Assembly (NCBI GenBank): GCA_029269845.2
Contig: CP149973.1
Span: 1,920,001 to 1,952,000, forward strand
Direction: 5' to 3'
DNA from: Opitutia bacterium KCR 482
GTDB taxonomy: Bacteria; Verrucomicrobiota; Verrucomicrobiia; Opitutales; Intestinicryptomonadaceae
DNA: 32,000 nucleotides
How positions within the stretch are numbered: position 1 is the stretch's first letter; each line of letters starts with the position of its first letter. The notes under the pieces were generated by a model. That model saw only the letters and a program-made list of their open reading frames with translations. It was not told the origin of the DNA and made no database searches. The translations under genes were made by a program, and so were the position numbers. Shown piece by piece: positions 8,033-16,857 of the stretch.

Positions 8033-8271
8033 CGGGCGGCGTCAATCCAGCGGCGTCCGCATTCCGTATCCGCCTTTGCGCAAGCTTTGAATTGCGCGTT
8101 CCGCCGGGTCTTTGCGCCGACATTCCCGACCCGTCCGAGCGTTCGATAGCGCGCCCTCCCCGAAGAACGCGTTATAGTCCGCCCGCCATGCGTGCGCGCA
8201 TGGCGCGGACACAATTACCGCAGTGCACATTTGCAAGAATCATGCATTTTTGCAGGTTGAAAGTTTTGGCT

Positions 8272-8303
8272 AAAAAAACGGCGCGGATTAAAAACCCGCG
8301 CCG
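8272..8303 (-). terminator. Intrinsic terminator of the pnt operon
   Basis: On the minus strand, CGGCGCGG gttttta(a)t CCGCGCCG is followed by TTTTTTT (complement of the A-run 8272-8278), about 20 nt downstream of the pntB stop. Confidence 0.7.
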
Positions 8304-8324
8304 AAATATCATATTTTCGGAATT

Positions 8325-9737
8325 TTATTTGTCCTTGAATTTCGCCACAAGCTCGTTGATTGTGGCTTTCGCGTCGCCGTAAATCATGCGGGTGTTGGGG
8401 CGGAAGAACAGGCTGTTTTCGAGTCCGGAGAAGCCCGCGCCCTTGCCGCGTTTGAGCGCGAAGACGGTCTTCGCCTTGTACGCCTCGATAATCGGCATTC
8501 CGTAAATCGGGCTGCCCTTGTCCTCGGCGGCGGCGGGGTTTACGACGTCGTTCGCGCCGATGACGATTGCCACGTCGGCGGTTTCGAGAATCCTGTTTGC
8601 CTCGTCCATTTCTTTGAGCTGTTCGTAGGGAACGTCGGCTTCGGCGAGGAGCACGTTCATGTGCCCCGGCATGCGCCCCGCGACAGGGTGGATTGCGAAC
8701 GCAACCTCCGCGCCGTTGTTTTCGAGAATTTCGGCAAGCTCCTTGACTGCGTGCTGCGCCTGCGCGACCGCCATTCCGTATCCGGGAATGAACACCACGT
8801 TCTGCGCGGCTTCGAGCACAAAGTACGCGTCGTCAACCGAAATGGGCTTCATTTCGCCCTCCACTTTTTGCGACTTCGAGCCGCCCGATCCGAAGCCCGA
8901 GAACAGCACGTTTCCGAGCGTCCTGTTCATCGACTTGCACATTATCACCGTGAGAATGATTCCGCTTGCGCCCACAAGGCAGCCCGCGACGATGAGCACG
9001 TTGTTGCTGATGACAAAGCCCGCCGCCGACGCCGCCAAGCCCGAGAGCGAATTGAGTAGCGAAATCACAACGGGCATGTCGCCGCCGCCAATCGGCATTA
9101 CCGCCGCAAAGCCGAGCAGCAGCGAGAGCAGAACCGCCGCGAGCATTGCCGCGAAGCCGAGCTGGAAGTCTCCCGAAACCGTGAGAACCGCCGCCGCCGC
9201 GAGCGTGAGAACCGCAAGAGCTGCGTTGAGCGCCTTCTGCCCCGCGAAGGTTTTTGCCTTGCCCGATATTTTGCCCGAAAGCTTGCCCCACGCGTAGACC
9301 GAGCCGGTGAACGTTATGCCGCCGATTGCGATTGTCGCGGCGATTGCGAATTTCGAGAACGTGTCGGGCATGTGCGCGTCGCCCTGAACCATGTCGAAGT
9401 AGTATTCCGCGGCGGCTACAAGCAGGCTTGCGAGGCCTCCGAAGCCGTTGAGAAGCGCGACCATTTCTGGCATGGAGGTCATCTTGACGCGCTTTGCCAT
9501 CACCGCGCCGACGAGCCCGCCGAACAGCAGTCCGCCAGCGAGCAGACCCCACGAGAGCGGGTCGTTGCAGTCGAGAATTTTTTTGTCGAAAAGCGTGATT
9601 ACGACCGCCACCAGCATGCCGACCGCAGAAACAAGGTTGCCCCTGCGCGCCGTTTCCGCCTTGCCGAGCATTTTAATGCCGATAATGAACAGAATCGACG
9701 CAAGAATATAAACAAAATTTACGATAGCAGGATTCAT
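8325..9737 (-). CDS. pntB: NAD(P) transhydrogenase subunit beta
   Basis: About 470 aa. Polytopic N-terminal membrane domain plus a C-terminal NADP(H)-binding domain with PGYGMAVAQAQH and GANDVVNPAA. Start set to ATG 9737 (MNPAIVNFVYILASILF), one nt after the pntAB stop (TAAGATG). Confidence 0.92.
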   Translation of the reverse strand: MNPAIVNFVYILASILFIIGIKMLGKAETARRGNLVSAVGMLVAVVITLFDKKILDCNDPLSWGLLAGGLLFGGLVGAVMAKRVKMTSMPEMVALLNGFGGLASLLVAAAEYYFDMVQGDAHMPDTFSKFAIAATIAIGGITFTGSVYAWGKLSGKISGKAKTFAGQKALNAALAVLTLAAAAVLTVSGDFQLGFAAMLAAVLLSLLLGFAAVMPIGGGDMPVVISLLNSLSGLAASAAGFVISNNVLIVAGCLVGASGIILTVIMCKSMNRTLGNVLFSGFGSGGSKSQKVEGEMKPISVDDAYFVLEAAQNVVFIPGYGMAVAQAQHAVKELAEILENNGAEVAFAIHPVAGRMPGHMNVLLAEADVPYEQLKEMDEANRILETADVAIVIGANDVVNPAAAEDKGSPIYGMPIIEAYKAKTVFALKRGKGAGFSGLENSLFFRPNTRMIYGDAKATINELVAKFKDK

Positions 9738-9738
9738 C

Positions 9739-10023
9739 TTATTTGCCCTTCTTTTTGAACATCGCAAGCATTCTGTCGGTGACCATGTAGCCGCCGACCA
9801 CGTTGATTGCCGCAAGCACCAGCGCGAAGAGACCGAGGATAGTAGCCGCGAGACTTCCCTCCGTTCCCGCCGTGGAAATCATCGCGCCCACGATTGTGAT
9901 GCCGCTGATTGCGTTCGAGCCGCTCATGAGCGGCGTGTGGAGCTGGCTGGGCACTTTCGAGATTAGTTCGAATCCCAAAAACGCCGCGAGCGTAAATATG
10001 AACAGAAGCAGAATTATTTCCAT
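9739..10023 (-). CDS. pntAB: NAD(P) transhydrogenase subunit alpha, part 2 (membrane)
   Basis: 94 aa with three hydrophobic helices (MEIILLLFIFTLAAFLGFELISKVPSQLHTPLMSGSNAISGI...). Sits between pntAA and pntB, as in split three-gene transhydrogenases. Confidence 0.88.
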   Translation of the reverse strand: MEIILLLFIFTLAAFLGFELISKVPSQLHTPLMSGSNAISGITIVGAMISTAGTEGSLAATILGLFALVLAAINVVGGYMVTDRMLAMFKKKGK

Positions 10024-10033
10024 TGTATTCCTT

Positions 10034-11149
10034 TTATTTGAAGCGTTCGTCGGCGATTTGTCCGTCGCGCGCCACGACCGACGCCTTCATAATCGGGTCG
10101 TCGAAATTCGGCGCGAAAGAGCCTTCTGGCGAGAAGTGCGAAATGTAGTTGACGACGTTTGCGCTGTACATTTGGCTTGCGGTTGCGGGCACGGAGGCTT
10201 CGAGGCAGGTGTCGCCTATGATGCTCACTCCGTTGGGGGTGATTACTATTTCGTCGGGCTTCGAGCCTTCGACATTGCCGCCGCTTTCGACCGCCATGTC
10301 CACGATTACGCTGCCGGCTTTCATTCCCATCACCATTTCCGCGGTGATGATGCGCGGTGCCTTTCTGCCGAAAAGTTTTGCGGTTGTAATTATCACGTCC
10401 GACTGCGCGCAGACTTTCGCCATGCCCTTGCGTTGAAGCTCGATTTGCTCCGGCGTAAGCTCCTTAGCGTAGCCTTGCGCGGTCTGCCCCGTTTCGCCGA
10501 GGTCGATTTTCACGAACTTTGCGCCGAGGCTCTTTACCTGCTCTTCGACGACGGGGCGCGTGTCGAAAGCGTCAACCCTCGCGCCGAGACGCTTTGCGGT
10601 TGCGATTGCCTGCAAGCCCGCGACGCCCACGCCGACTATGAAGAATTTGAGCGGGGAAATCGTGCCCGCGGGAGTCATCATCATCGGGAGGATTTTTTTG
10701 AGCGCGTTAGCCGCCTTGATTACCGAGACGTAGCCCGCGAGGTTCGACTGCGAGCTGAGAACGTCCATTTTCTGGGCGATTGTGCTGCGGGGAATCATTT
10801 CGAAACTCGCCGCGGTAATGCCCGCGTCGGCGAAAGTTTTAATAAGCTCCTTTTCGTTGAACGGGTCGAGTAGGCTGAGGTAGAACGCGCCGCGCTTGAA
10901 ATCGGCAATTCTTTCCTTTTCGGGTTTTCTGACTGCGGCGATGAAGTCGGCATTTTTTGCGAAGTCGGCGTCAACGATGTTTGCGCCGGCAGACTTGTAT
11001 TCTTCGTCGGGGAAGCCCGCTTTTGCGCCCGCGCCCGATTCAACGTTGACCGTCCAGCCGATGTTCGCGAGTTTCCGAACGTCGGGCGGAATTACCGCGA
11101 CCCTTGTTTCGCGCGGGTCGCGCTCAGAGGTGATAAATAGGTTTTTCAT
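10034..11149 (-). CDS. pntAA: NAD(P) transhydrogenase subunit alpha, part 1 (soluble NAD(H)-binding dI)
   Basis: The N-terminus MKNLFITSERDPRETRVAVIPPDVRKLANIGWTVNVESGAG parallels E. coli PntA (ERLTNETRVAATP...VESGAG). Rossmann motif VGVAGLQAIATAKRLGA. I chose ATG 11149 over the listed 11164 on the basis of alignment with the PntA N-terminus; either start is possible. Confidence 0.9.
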   Translation of the reverse strand: MKNLFITSERDPRETRVAVIPPDVRKLANIGWTVNVESGAGAKAGFPDEEYKSAGANIVDADFAKNADFIAAVRKPEKERIADFKRGAFYLSLLDPFNEKELIKTFADAGITAASFEMIPRSTIAQKMDVLSSQSNLAGYVSVIKAANALKKILPMMMTPAGTISPLKFFIVGVGVAGLQAIATAKRLGARVDAFDTRPVVEEQVKSLGAKFVKIDLGETGQTAQGYAKELTPEQIELQRKGMAKVCAQSDVIITTAKLFGRKAPRIITAEMVMGMKAGSVIVDMAVESGGNVEGSKPDEIVITPNGVSIIGDTCLEASVPATASQMYSANVVNYISHFSPEGSFAPNFDDPIMKASVVARDGQIADERFK

Positions 11150-11318
11150 GCAAATTCGATTCAAGCACCCGAATTTATTAAAACAAGGAAATTTTTGCGA
11201 AACTTGGAATTTTCTTTATTTGTATTGCAAATTTTGCGTTAACGCGATTTTCCCAAAAACCTCCCAACGCCCGCAATCCGTCCTTTCGAGTTGGTTATAT
11301 ATAAGCTAAAATTGGTGC

Positions 11319-11340
11319 ACAGTATTTGAAATACTGATGT
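11319..11340. repeat. Left copy of a perfect 22-bp inverted repeat (contains the 17-bp palindrome CAGTATTTGAAATACTG)
   Basis: ACAGTATTTGAAATACTGATGT is the exact reverse complement of 11488-11509. Confidence 0.9.
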
Positions 11341-11457
11341 CAAATAAAAAATCACAATACATGTTTAACGCTTTGTATGTGCGATTTACGGAATTTATTT
11401 GAGCTTTACGTTTTCATGCGCGAAAAATAACTTTCGAGCTTCTTTTATCTAATATAT

Positions 11458-11466
11458 TGGTATAAT
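11458..11466 (+). promoter_or_regulatory. Extended -10 promoter element (TGgTATAAT)
   Basis: TGG TATAAT at 11458-11466 with no good -35, consistent with an extended -10 promoter. It lies 22 nt upstream of the right palindrome and about 170 nt upstream of the small ORF at 11633. Confidence 0.4.
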
Positions 11467-11487
11467 GTTGTTGTGTTTTTTAGAAAA

Positions 11488-11509
11488 ACATCAGTATTTC
11501 AAATACTGT
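11488..11509. repeat. Right copy of the perfect 22-bp inverted repeat (candidate operator)
   Basis: ACATCAGTATTTCAAATACTGT is the reverse complement of 11319-11340. The two copies are 147 bp apart. Confidence 0.9.
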
Positions 11510-11632
11510 ATCCGTTATTCGCAGTAAATTTTTACTCTGCAAAAATCGGACAGTAAAAGTTGTTCCTAACAACTTCTGGCTAAATTATGTGTGCTGTCGT
11601 TTTATTGATGAATCTATACAAAAAGGCAAAAT

Positions 11633-11881
11633 ATGAAAAAACAAAGTGATAATTTAAACAATTATACATGTGCATTATGCAAACGCGGATTTCCAAAACC
11701 AAAAGTAAAATATATGGGTTCATTCTTGCTTGAAATTGCATTATGGATTGTGGCGATTGCTTTTTTGGGGTATTACGGTTTAATTATAGGCGTGATTTTT
11801 TCGTTAATGAGGCTTTTTTCTCGTAAAAAAGTCTGTCCGCATTGCGGAAGCGAAAATTTTTATAAAACTGAAGATTTTTAA
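11633..11881 (+). CDS. Small membrane protein with a split zinc ribbon (LITAF-like topology), 82 aa
   Basis: CALC knuckle (res 13-16), a ~30-aa hydrophobic segment (FLLEIALWIVAIAFLGYYGLIIGVIFSLM), then a CPHC knuckle (res 68-71). RBS AAAGGcaaaatATG is identical in style to the RBSs of the BMC shell genes in this window. Codons are strongly AT-rich, unlike the rest of the window. Confidence 0.6.
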   Translation: MKKQSDNLNNYTCALCKRGFPKPKVKYMGSFLLEIALWIVAIAFLGYYGLIIGVIFSLMRLFSRKKVCPHCGSENFYKTEDF

Positions 11882-11972
11882 TTTTTTTCTTTCTTCTATT
11901 TCTCTATTCGTAAACGTATATGTTTTTCGATAATGTTTGACTTTGTTGCGAAAACGGCTCATACGTTTGAGT

Positions 11973-13304
11973 ATGAAGAGGTTTATTGCATCTATTGCTT
12001 GTTTGGGGGCTTGGGCTGCGGTTTTCTCGGCTTCGGCTTTTGCCGAAAAATACATCACGCGCGACCAGCCCGTCGCCGACACTTTCATTAAAAAATACGG
12101 AAAGTCGTTTTACGTTGTCTCGCAAATCGGAGACTCGAAAGTGCCCGACGTTCTCGAACGTCTCGACCGCAAGGGCAGGGTGGCAAATGCCCTCGAATGG
12201 TCGCGCGAGGCGCGGGGGCAGATTCTCGAATTTTTTGACTCGCAAGTTTACGGCGCGATTCCCCCGCGCCCCGATTCCCAGAAATTCGAGCTTATAGAAT
12301 CGTCCGACGACGCCCTCGGCGGCATTGCCCTGCGCAGGCAGTACAGAATTACCGTTTCGGGAGCGGGCGGCTCGCTCTCGTTTGTGGCTCTTGTGTATCT
12401 GCCTAAAAACGGCGGCGCGAAAACGCCCGCGTTCATCTGCCCCAACTTCGACGGCAACTTTGTCGTTTCGCCCGAAGACGGAATCGCGACGGAAAACTAT
12501 GCGGCGACTCTTTCAGAAAAGAAACGCGCCCAGCTCCGCGCGGAAAAATCGACGCGCATTCCCGTTGCCGACATCGTTTCGCGCGGCTACGCAATCGCAA
12601 CGTTCTGCTACATGGACGTCTATCCCGACCGCAAGGGCGCGGCGGCGGCGGACGAAAGCGTCTACAAGATTTTCGGCAAAAAATTCGACTCGCGCCCCGC
12701 GATTGTCGCTTGGGCGTGGGGGAACATGCGCGTAGCCGACCTGCTTGAAACGCTGCCCGAAATCGACATGTCGAAGCTTGCGGTCGTCGGGCACTCGCGC
12801 CTCGGCAAGACCGCTCTGATTGCGGGCGCGCACGACCTCCGCTTTGCCTATGTCTGCTCGAACAACGCCGGCTGCATGGGCGAGGCTCTTACGCGCCGCA
12901 ACTACGGGGAATCGGCGGCGTCGATGGTAGACTTTAACTTTCCTTACTGGTTTTCCGCAAACTTCAAGAAGCACGCGCACGACGTTTCGTCGATGCCCGT
13001 CGACCAGCACCACCTTGTGTCGCTGATTGCCCCGCGCATGCTCTACACCACGAGTTCCTCCGAAGACTTCTGGGCCGACCCCGAAGGCCAGCTGCTCGGT
13101 CTGATAAACGCCGCGCCCGCGTTCGCGCTTTTCGGGGCGAAGAATTTTCCGACCCTCGACGCGCTCGAAATAGACTCGCCCTTCCACGGCGACATCGCCT
13201 ACCACATCAAGAGCGGCAGGCACAGCATAACGCCCTACGACTGGAAGAATTTTATGGACTACGCCGAAAAGCGCGGCTGGAAGCCCGTCCCCCCGAAAAA
13301 ATAA
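11973..13304 (+). CDS. Secreted alpha/beta-hydrolase, CE15-like (glucuronoyl esterase family)
   Basis: Signal peptide MKRFIASIACLGAWAAVFSASAFA. N-terminal W..EARGQILEFFDSQVYG..PPRP pattern and nucleophile motif VVGHSRLGKTAL, both of which I associate with bacterial CE15 enzymes. Start set at ATG 11973 (M13 of the listed ORF). Confidence 0.6.
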   Translation: MKRFIASIACLGAWAAVFSASAFAEKYITRDQPVADTFIKKYGKSFYVVSQIGDSKVPDVLERLDRKGRVANALEWSREARGQILEFFDSQVYGAIPPRPDSQKFELIESSDDALGGIALRRQYRITVSGAGGSLSFVALVYLPKNGGAKTPAFICPNFDGNFVVSPEDGIATENYAATLSEKKRAQLRAEKSTRIPVADIVSRGYAIATFCYMDVYPDRKGAAAADESVYKIFGKKFDSRPAIVAWAWGNMRVADLLETLPEIDMSKLAVVGHSRLGKTALIAGAHDLRFAYVCSNNAGCMGEALTRRNYGESAASMVDFNFPYWFSANFKKHAHDVSSMPVDQHHLVSLIAPRMLYTTSSSEDFWADPEGQLLGLINAAPAFALFGAKNFPTLDALEIDSPFHGDIAYHIKSGRHSITPYDWKNFMDYAEKRGWKPVPPKK

Positions 13305-13322
13305 GGCAGGAGAAAAAATATT

Positions 13323-14684
13323 ATGAAAAAACTTTCTATGTTTCTGATGTCGCTCTCCGCGTCCGCCCTGTTTGCGGCGGAGGCTGGCGAGCTTTACAAC
13401 CCCGACATGCCCGAAAAATCGTGCATGAAATTCAACAGGGTCGAAAAGGTCGCGATAAACTATGCGGAGGCGAAAGCCGACATCTACAAGAAGCTCGACA
13501 TTCTCGACAAAATAGGCGGGGGAGGGCGCGTCGAAACAGCCAAGCAGTGGCTCGACGGGGAGCGTCCGAAAGTCGTGAAATTTTTGGAGGAGGAGTATTT
13601 CGGCAAAATGCCTCCGCGCCCCGAAAAGCTCGAATTCAAGCTTGTCGAGTCGTCCGAAGACGCGCTCGGCGGAATCGCAAAGCGCAGGCAGTACAAGATA
13701 ATTTCCACCGACAAAAACGGAACGCACATTTTCAACGTTCTCATGTACTATCCGAAGTCGGCTTCGCGCGAAAATCCCGTGCCCGCGTTCATCTACACCA
13801 ACTACAACGGCAACCACATGACGGTTTCCGAGCCGGAAGTTCTGCTGCCCGAAGAGGGCACTTGGCTTTCGAACAGCAAAAGGGGGAAAATTACAGACAA
13901 CCGCGCCCACGATTACCAGCGCGGAACGGGCGCGCCGCGCAATCCGTTCAAGGACATCGTCTCGCGCGGCTACGCTGTCGCCACGTTCTGCTACTGCGAA
14001 ATCTACCCCGACAAGGAGCACATTCTCTCCGAAAACGAATCCGTGTTCCGCATCTTCGACAAGTCGGCGGTGGACAAGGATCCGCGCTGCATAGCCGCGT
14101 GGGCGTGGGGCGACTGCCGCGTCCTCGACTTGCTCGAAACCCTGCCGTTTATCGACCGCTCGAAAATCGGCGTCGCGGGGCACTCGCGGCTCGGCAAGAC
14201 CGCGCTGCTTGCGGGCGCGTACGACACGCGTTTTGCGCTCGCGGTCTCGAACAGCTCGTGCTGCGGCGGGGCGTCGATGAACAGGCGCAACTACGGCGAG
14301 AACCTGAAATTTGCGGCGACGTATTTCCCGTGCTGGTACAAGCCCAAAATGAAAGAGTATGCCGAAAACATAGAGAGCATGCCTATTGACGCCCAGCATA
14401 TGCTTGCGGCGATGGCTCCGCGCATGGTCTACGTTTTGAGCGGAACCAAGGACATTTGGGCCGACCCGAAAGGCGAGTTCATGTCGCTTGCCGAGGCCGG
14501 CAAAATCTACGCGCTTTTCGGCGCGAAAAAAATGGCGACTCCCGACGACTTGCGCGTAAAAAAGCCGTTTGTCGGCGACGGCTTCGGATATGTGCTGTAC
14601 GACGGACCGCACCAAATCGACGCGTACAACTGGAAGTGCATAATGGACTTCACCGACGCCCACGGCTGGACGAAGCGCAAATAG
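13323..14684 (+). CDS. Secreted CE15-like esterase, paralog of the preceding gene
   Basis: Signal peptide MKKLSMFLMSLSASALFA. Same motifs as its neighbour (ERPKVVKFLEEEYFGKMPPRP, VAGHSRLGKTALLAGAYD) and colinear with it along the whole length. Confidence 0.6.
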   Translation: MKKLSMFLMSLSASALFAAEAGELYNPDMPEKSCMKFNRVEKVAINYAEAKADIYKKLDILDKIGGGGRVETAKQWLDGERPKVVKFLEEEYFGKMPPRPEKLEFKLVESSEDALGGIAKRRQYKIISTDKNGTHIFNVLMYYPKSASRENPVPAFIYTNYNGNHMTVSEPEVLLPEEGTWLSNSKRGKITDNRAHDYQRGTGAPRNPFKDIVSRGYAVATFCYCEIYPDKEHILSENESVFRIFDKSAVDKDPRCIAAWAWGDCRVLDLLETLPFIDRSKIGVAGHSRLGKTALLAGAYDTRFALAVSNSSCCGGASMNRRNYGENLKFAATYFPCWYKPKMKEYAENIESMPIDAQHMLAAMAPRMVYVLSGTKDIWADPKGEFMSLAEAGKIYALFGAKKMATPDDLRVKKPFVGDGFGYVLYDGPHQIDAYNWKCIMDFTDAHGWTKRK

Positions 14685-14713
14685 TCCGCTTTTTTTAACC
14701 GCAGTTTTTTCAA

Positions 14714-14746
14714 AATCCGCAGCGTACGTTGTTGCGGATTTTTTTT
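14714..14746 (+). terminator. Intrinsic terminator
   Basis: AATCCGCA gcgtacgttgt TGCGGATT followed by T-run 14739-14746, 30 nt after the esterase stop. Confidence 0.75.
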
Positions 14747-14799
14747 GACACGCCCGCGCCGTTCCGAAATAATAAAATTCAGCTTATTCTGTAATAGAC

Positions 14800-16785
14800 A
14801 TGGAAAATAGGGATTTCGACAAAATGGGAAGAAGAAAGTTTCTGAGCGCGTCGACAATGTCGCTTCTCGGATACTCCTTCATGGTAAGTCTGCCCGCCAA
14901 GGCGGAAGACGCCGCGGGCGGCGAAAAGGCGGGAATTACGCCGCTCGGCAAAAAGATAGAAAGCTCGCTTGCGGGCAGGGCGTTCGACGCTTCGGGAGAG
15001 CCGAACATGGAGAAAATCGGCCTCGACTGCGACGTGCTCGTTGCGGGCGGCGGCCTTGCGGGCGTGTGCGCGGCGATAGCATCGGCGCGGGCTGGGGCGA
15101 AAACGATTTTGGTTCAGGACAGGTCGAGGCTCGGCGGCAATTCAAGCTCCGAGGTGCGCATGCACCCGCTCGGAATTTGGAGCCACAAGGTCGGCTGGCG
15201 CGAGGCGGGAATTTTGGAGGAAATCAAGCTTGAACACTCCGTCAAGAACCCCCAGATGTCGTGGGAAATGTGGGACTTGGTTTTGTACGACAAATGCGTG
15301 TCGGAAAAGAACCTCACCCTTCTGCTCGACACTTCCGTATACCTCGCCGAAACGGCGGACGGGCGGATAAAATCAGTCATGGCGCGCAGCGACCACTCGC
15401 TCAAAATCTACAAAATTTCCGCCAAGCAGTTTGTGGACTGCACGGGCGACGCGCGAATCGCCATGGAAGCGGGCGCAACGCTGATGTCTGGGCGAGAAGG
15501 CTCCAAAAAATACGGCGAGGAGCTTGCCGACATCTACGAGCTCGGCAAGCACCTGTGCGCGTCGGTAATCTACACTTCGAAAGACTGCGGCAAACCCACG
15601 CCGTTTACGCCGCCCTCGTGGGCGAAGAAAATTACGGCGGAGGACTTGAAGTTCCGCGACCCCCGCGCGAGCGGCTTCGGCATGGGCTACGCGTTCATTT
15701 CGCACGGCGGCATGGCGGACACTTTGCGCGACACCGAAGTGCTGCGCTTCGAGCTGCTGTCGATAATTTTGGGCGTGTGGGACTACATCAAAAACAGCGG
15801 AAAATTCCCCGAAACCGCAAACCTCGCCCTCGACTCCGTCGGAATGATTCCCGCAAAGCGCGACACTTACAGGGTGCTCGGCGAGCACATTTTCACCGTC
15901 CACGACATCAAGGGCAAGTGGCGCGAAATGCCCGACCAAATCGCCGCCGCGGGCTGGGCTTTGGAGGACCAAACCTCAAAGGGCTTCTACGCCGAACGCC
16001 ACAAAAAGCCCGCGATTTTCGCCGGGAAGATAGACTACTACAACATACCGTTCGGCTCTCTTGTGGCAAAGGATTTTCCGAACCTGCTCATGGCGGGGCG
16101 CGACATCAGTTGCAGCCACATGGCGTTTTCCTCGACGCGCATAATGAACACCTGCGCGACGACGGGGCAGGTGTCGGGCACGGCGGCGGCGTTGTGCGCG
16201 GCGGAGGGAATTTCGCCGAAAGACATTTTGAAGTCTCCCGAAAAATTTTCGGCGTTCCAGCAGCGCATGCTCCGCGACGGCGTGATTATCGCGGGCGTCA
16301 AAAATTCCGATCCGCTCGACTTGGCGCGGTCTGCGAAGATTTCGGCGAGCTCCTGCGCGGCGTCCGCCAAGCCCGAAAACGTTGTTTCGGGAATGTTCTA
16401 CGACGCCCTCGGCAGCTGCGAAAACCGCTGGATTGCACCGATTATAGACAAGCCCGCGCTCAAGCTCGAATGGGATTCGCCGAAGGAGATTTCCAAAATA
16501 ATACTCAACCTCGACACGGGTTGCCGCATGCTCACAATTACGCGCCAGCCCAACTTTTTCAAAAGGCTCGCGCTCGGCGCGCAGCCCGAATGCCTGCGCG
16601 ACTACCGCATTGTAGCAACCCTCGCCGACGGCTCTAAAAAGACGCTTGCGGAAGTTAAGGGCAACTACCAGAAGCGCGCGGAGCACGATTTCGAAAAAGT
16701 CGCCGCAAAGTCGGTCGAGCTTGAATGCCTTGCCACAAACGGCTCCGACACCGCCTCTGTCTTCGAGGTGCGCGTCTATGCGTAG
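14800..16785 (+). CDS. Tat-exported FAD-dependent oxidoreductase (FAD_oxidored-type) with a C-terminal beta-sandwich-like domain
   Basis: Twin-arginine signal (MGRRKFLSASTMSLLGYSFMVSLPAKA). Dinucleotide fold DVLVAGGGLAGVCAAIASARAGAKTILVQDRSRLGGN. 661 aa. The start could instead be ATG 14824. Confidence 0.75.
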   Translation: MENRDFDKMGRRKFLSASTMSLLGYSFMVSLPAKAEDAAGGEKAGITPLGKKIESSLAGRAFDASGEPNMEKIGLDCDVLVAGGGLAGVCAAIASARAGAKTILVQDRSRLGGNSSSEVRMHPLGIWSHKVGWREAGILEEIKLEHSVKNPQMSWEMWDLVLYDKCVSEKNLTLLLDTSVYLAETADGRIKSVMARSDHSLKIYKISAKQFVDCTGDARIAMEAGATLMSGREGSKKYGEELADIYELGKHLCASVIYTSKDCGKPTPFTPPSWAKKITAEDLKFRDPRASGFGMGYAFISHGGMADTLRDTEVLRFELLSIILGVWDYIKNSGKFPETANLALDSVGMIPAKRDTYRVLGEHIFTVHDIKGKWREMPDQIAAAGWALEDQTSKGFYAERHKKPAIFAGKIDYYNIPFGSLVAKDFPNLLMAGRDISCSHMAFSSTRIMNTCATTGQVSGTAAALCAAEGISPKDILKSPEKFSAFQQRMLRDGVIIAGVKNSDPLDLARSAKISASSCAASAKPENVVSGMFYDALGSCENRWIAPIIDKPALKLEWDSPKEISKIILNLDTGCRMLTITRQPNFFKRLALGAQPECLRDYRIVATLADGSKKTLAEVKGNYQKRAEHDFEKVAAKSVELECLATNGSDTASVFEVRVYA

Positions 16786-16857
16786 GCGAACGCGGAATTT
16801 TGCTTGCAAAATTTTGTGTTTGTGTGGGATGATATCGAAAACAAATTTCCGGATTCA

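Noticed and set aside
8033-8271. Short ORFs (8042..8236 -, 7972..8214 -, 8092..8382 +) in the convergent gap between the Sel1 gene and pntB
   Set aside because: The products are Arg-rich and implausible, there are no RBSs, and they overlap one another. Treated as non-coding spacer containing the pnt terminator.
11488-11526. LexA/SOS-box-like sequence around the right palindrome (TACTG...CAGTA)
   Set aside because: The palindrome polarity (CAGT..ACTG) is opposite to CTGT-N8-ACAG, and the alternative CTG-N13-CAG spacing does not fit the E. coli-type box.
12513-14663. 716-aa minus-strand ORF spanning both esterase genes
   Set aside because: The product is R/V/G/A-rich and featureless and lies antisense to two + strand genes with signal peptides and catalytic motifs. 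This is a typical GC-rich antisense open frame.
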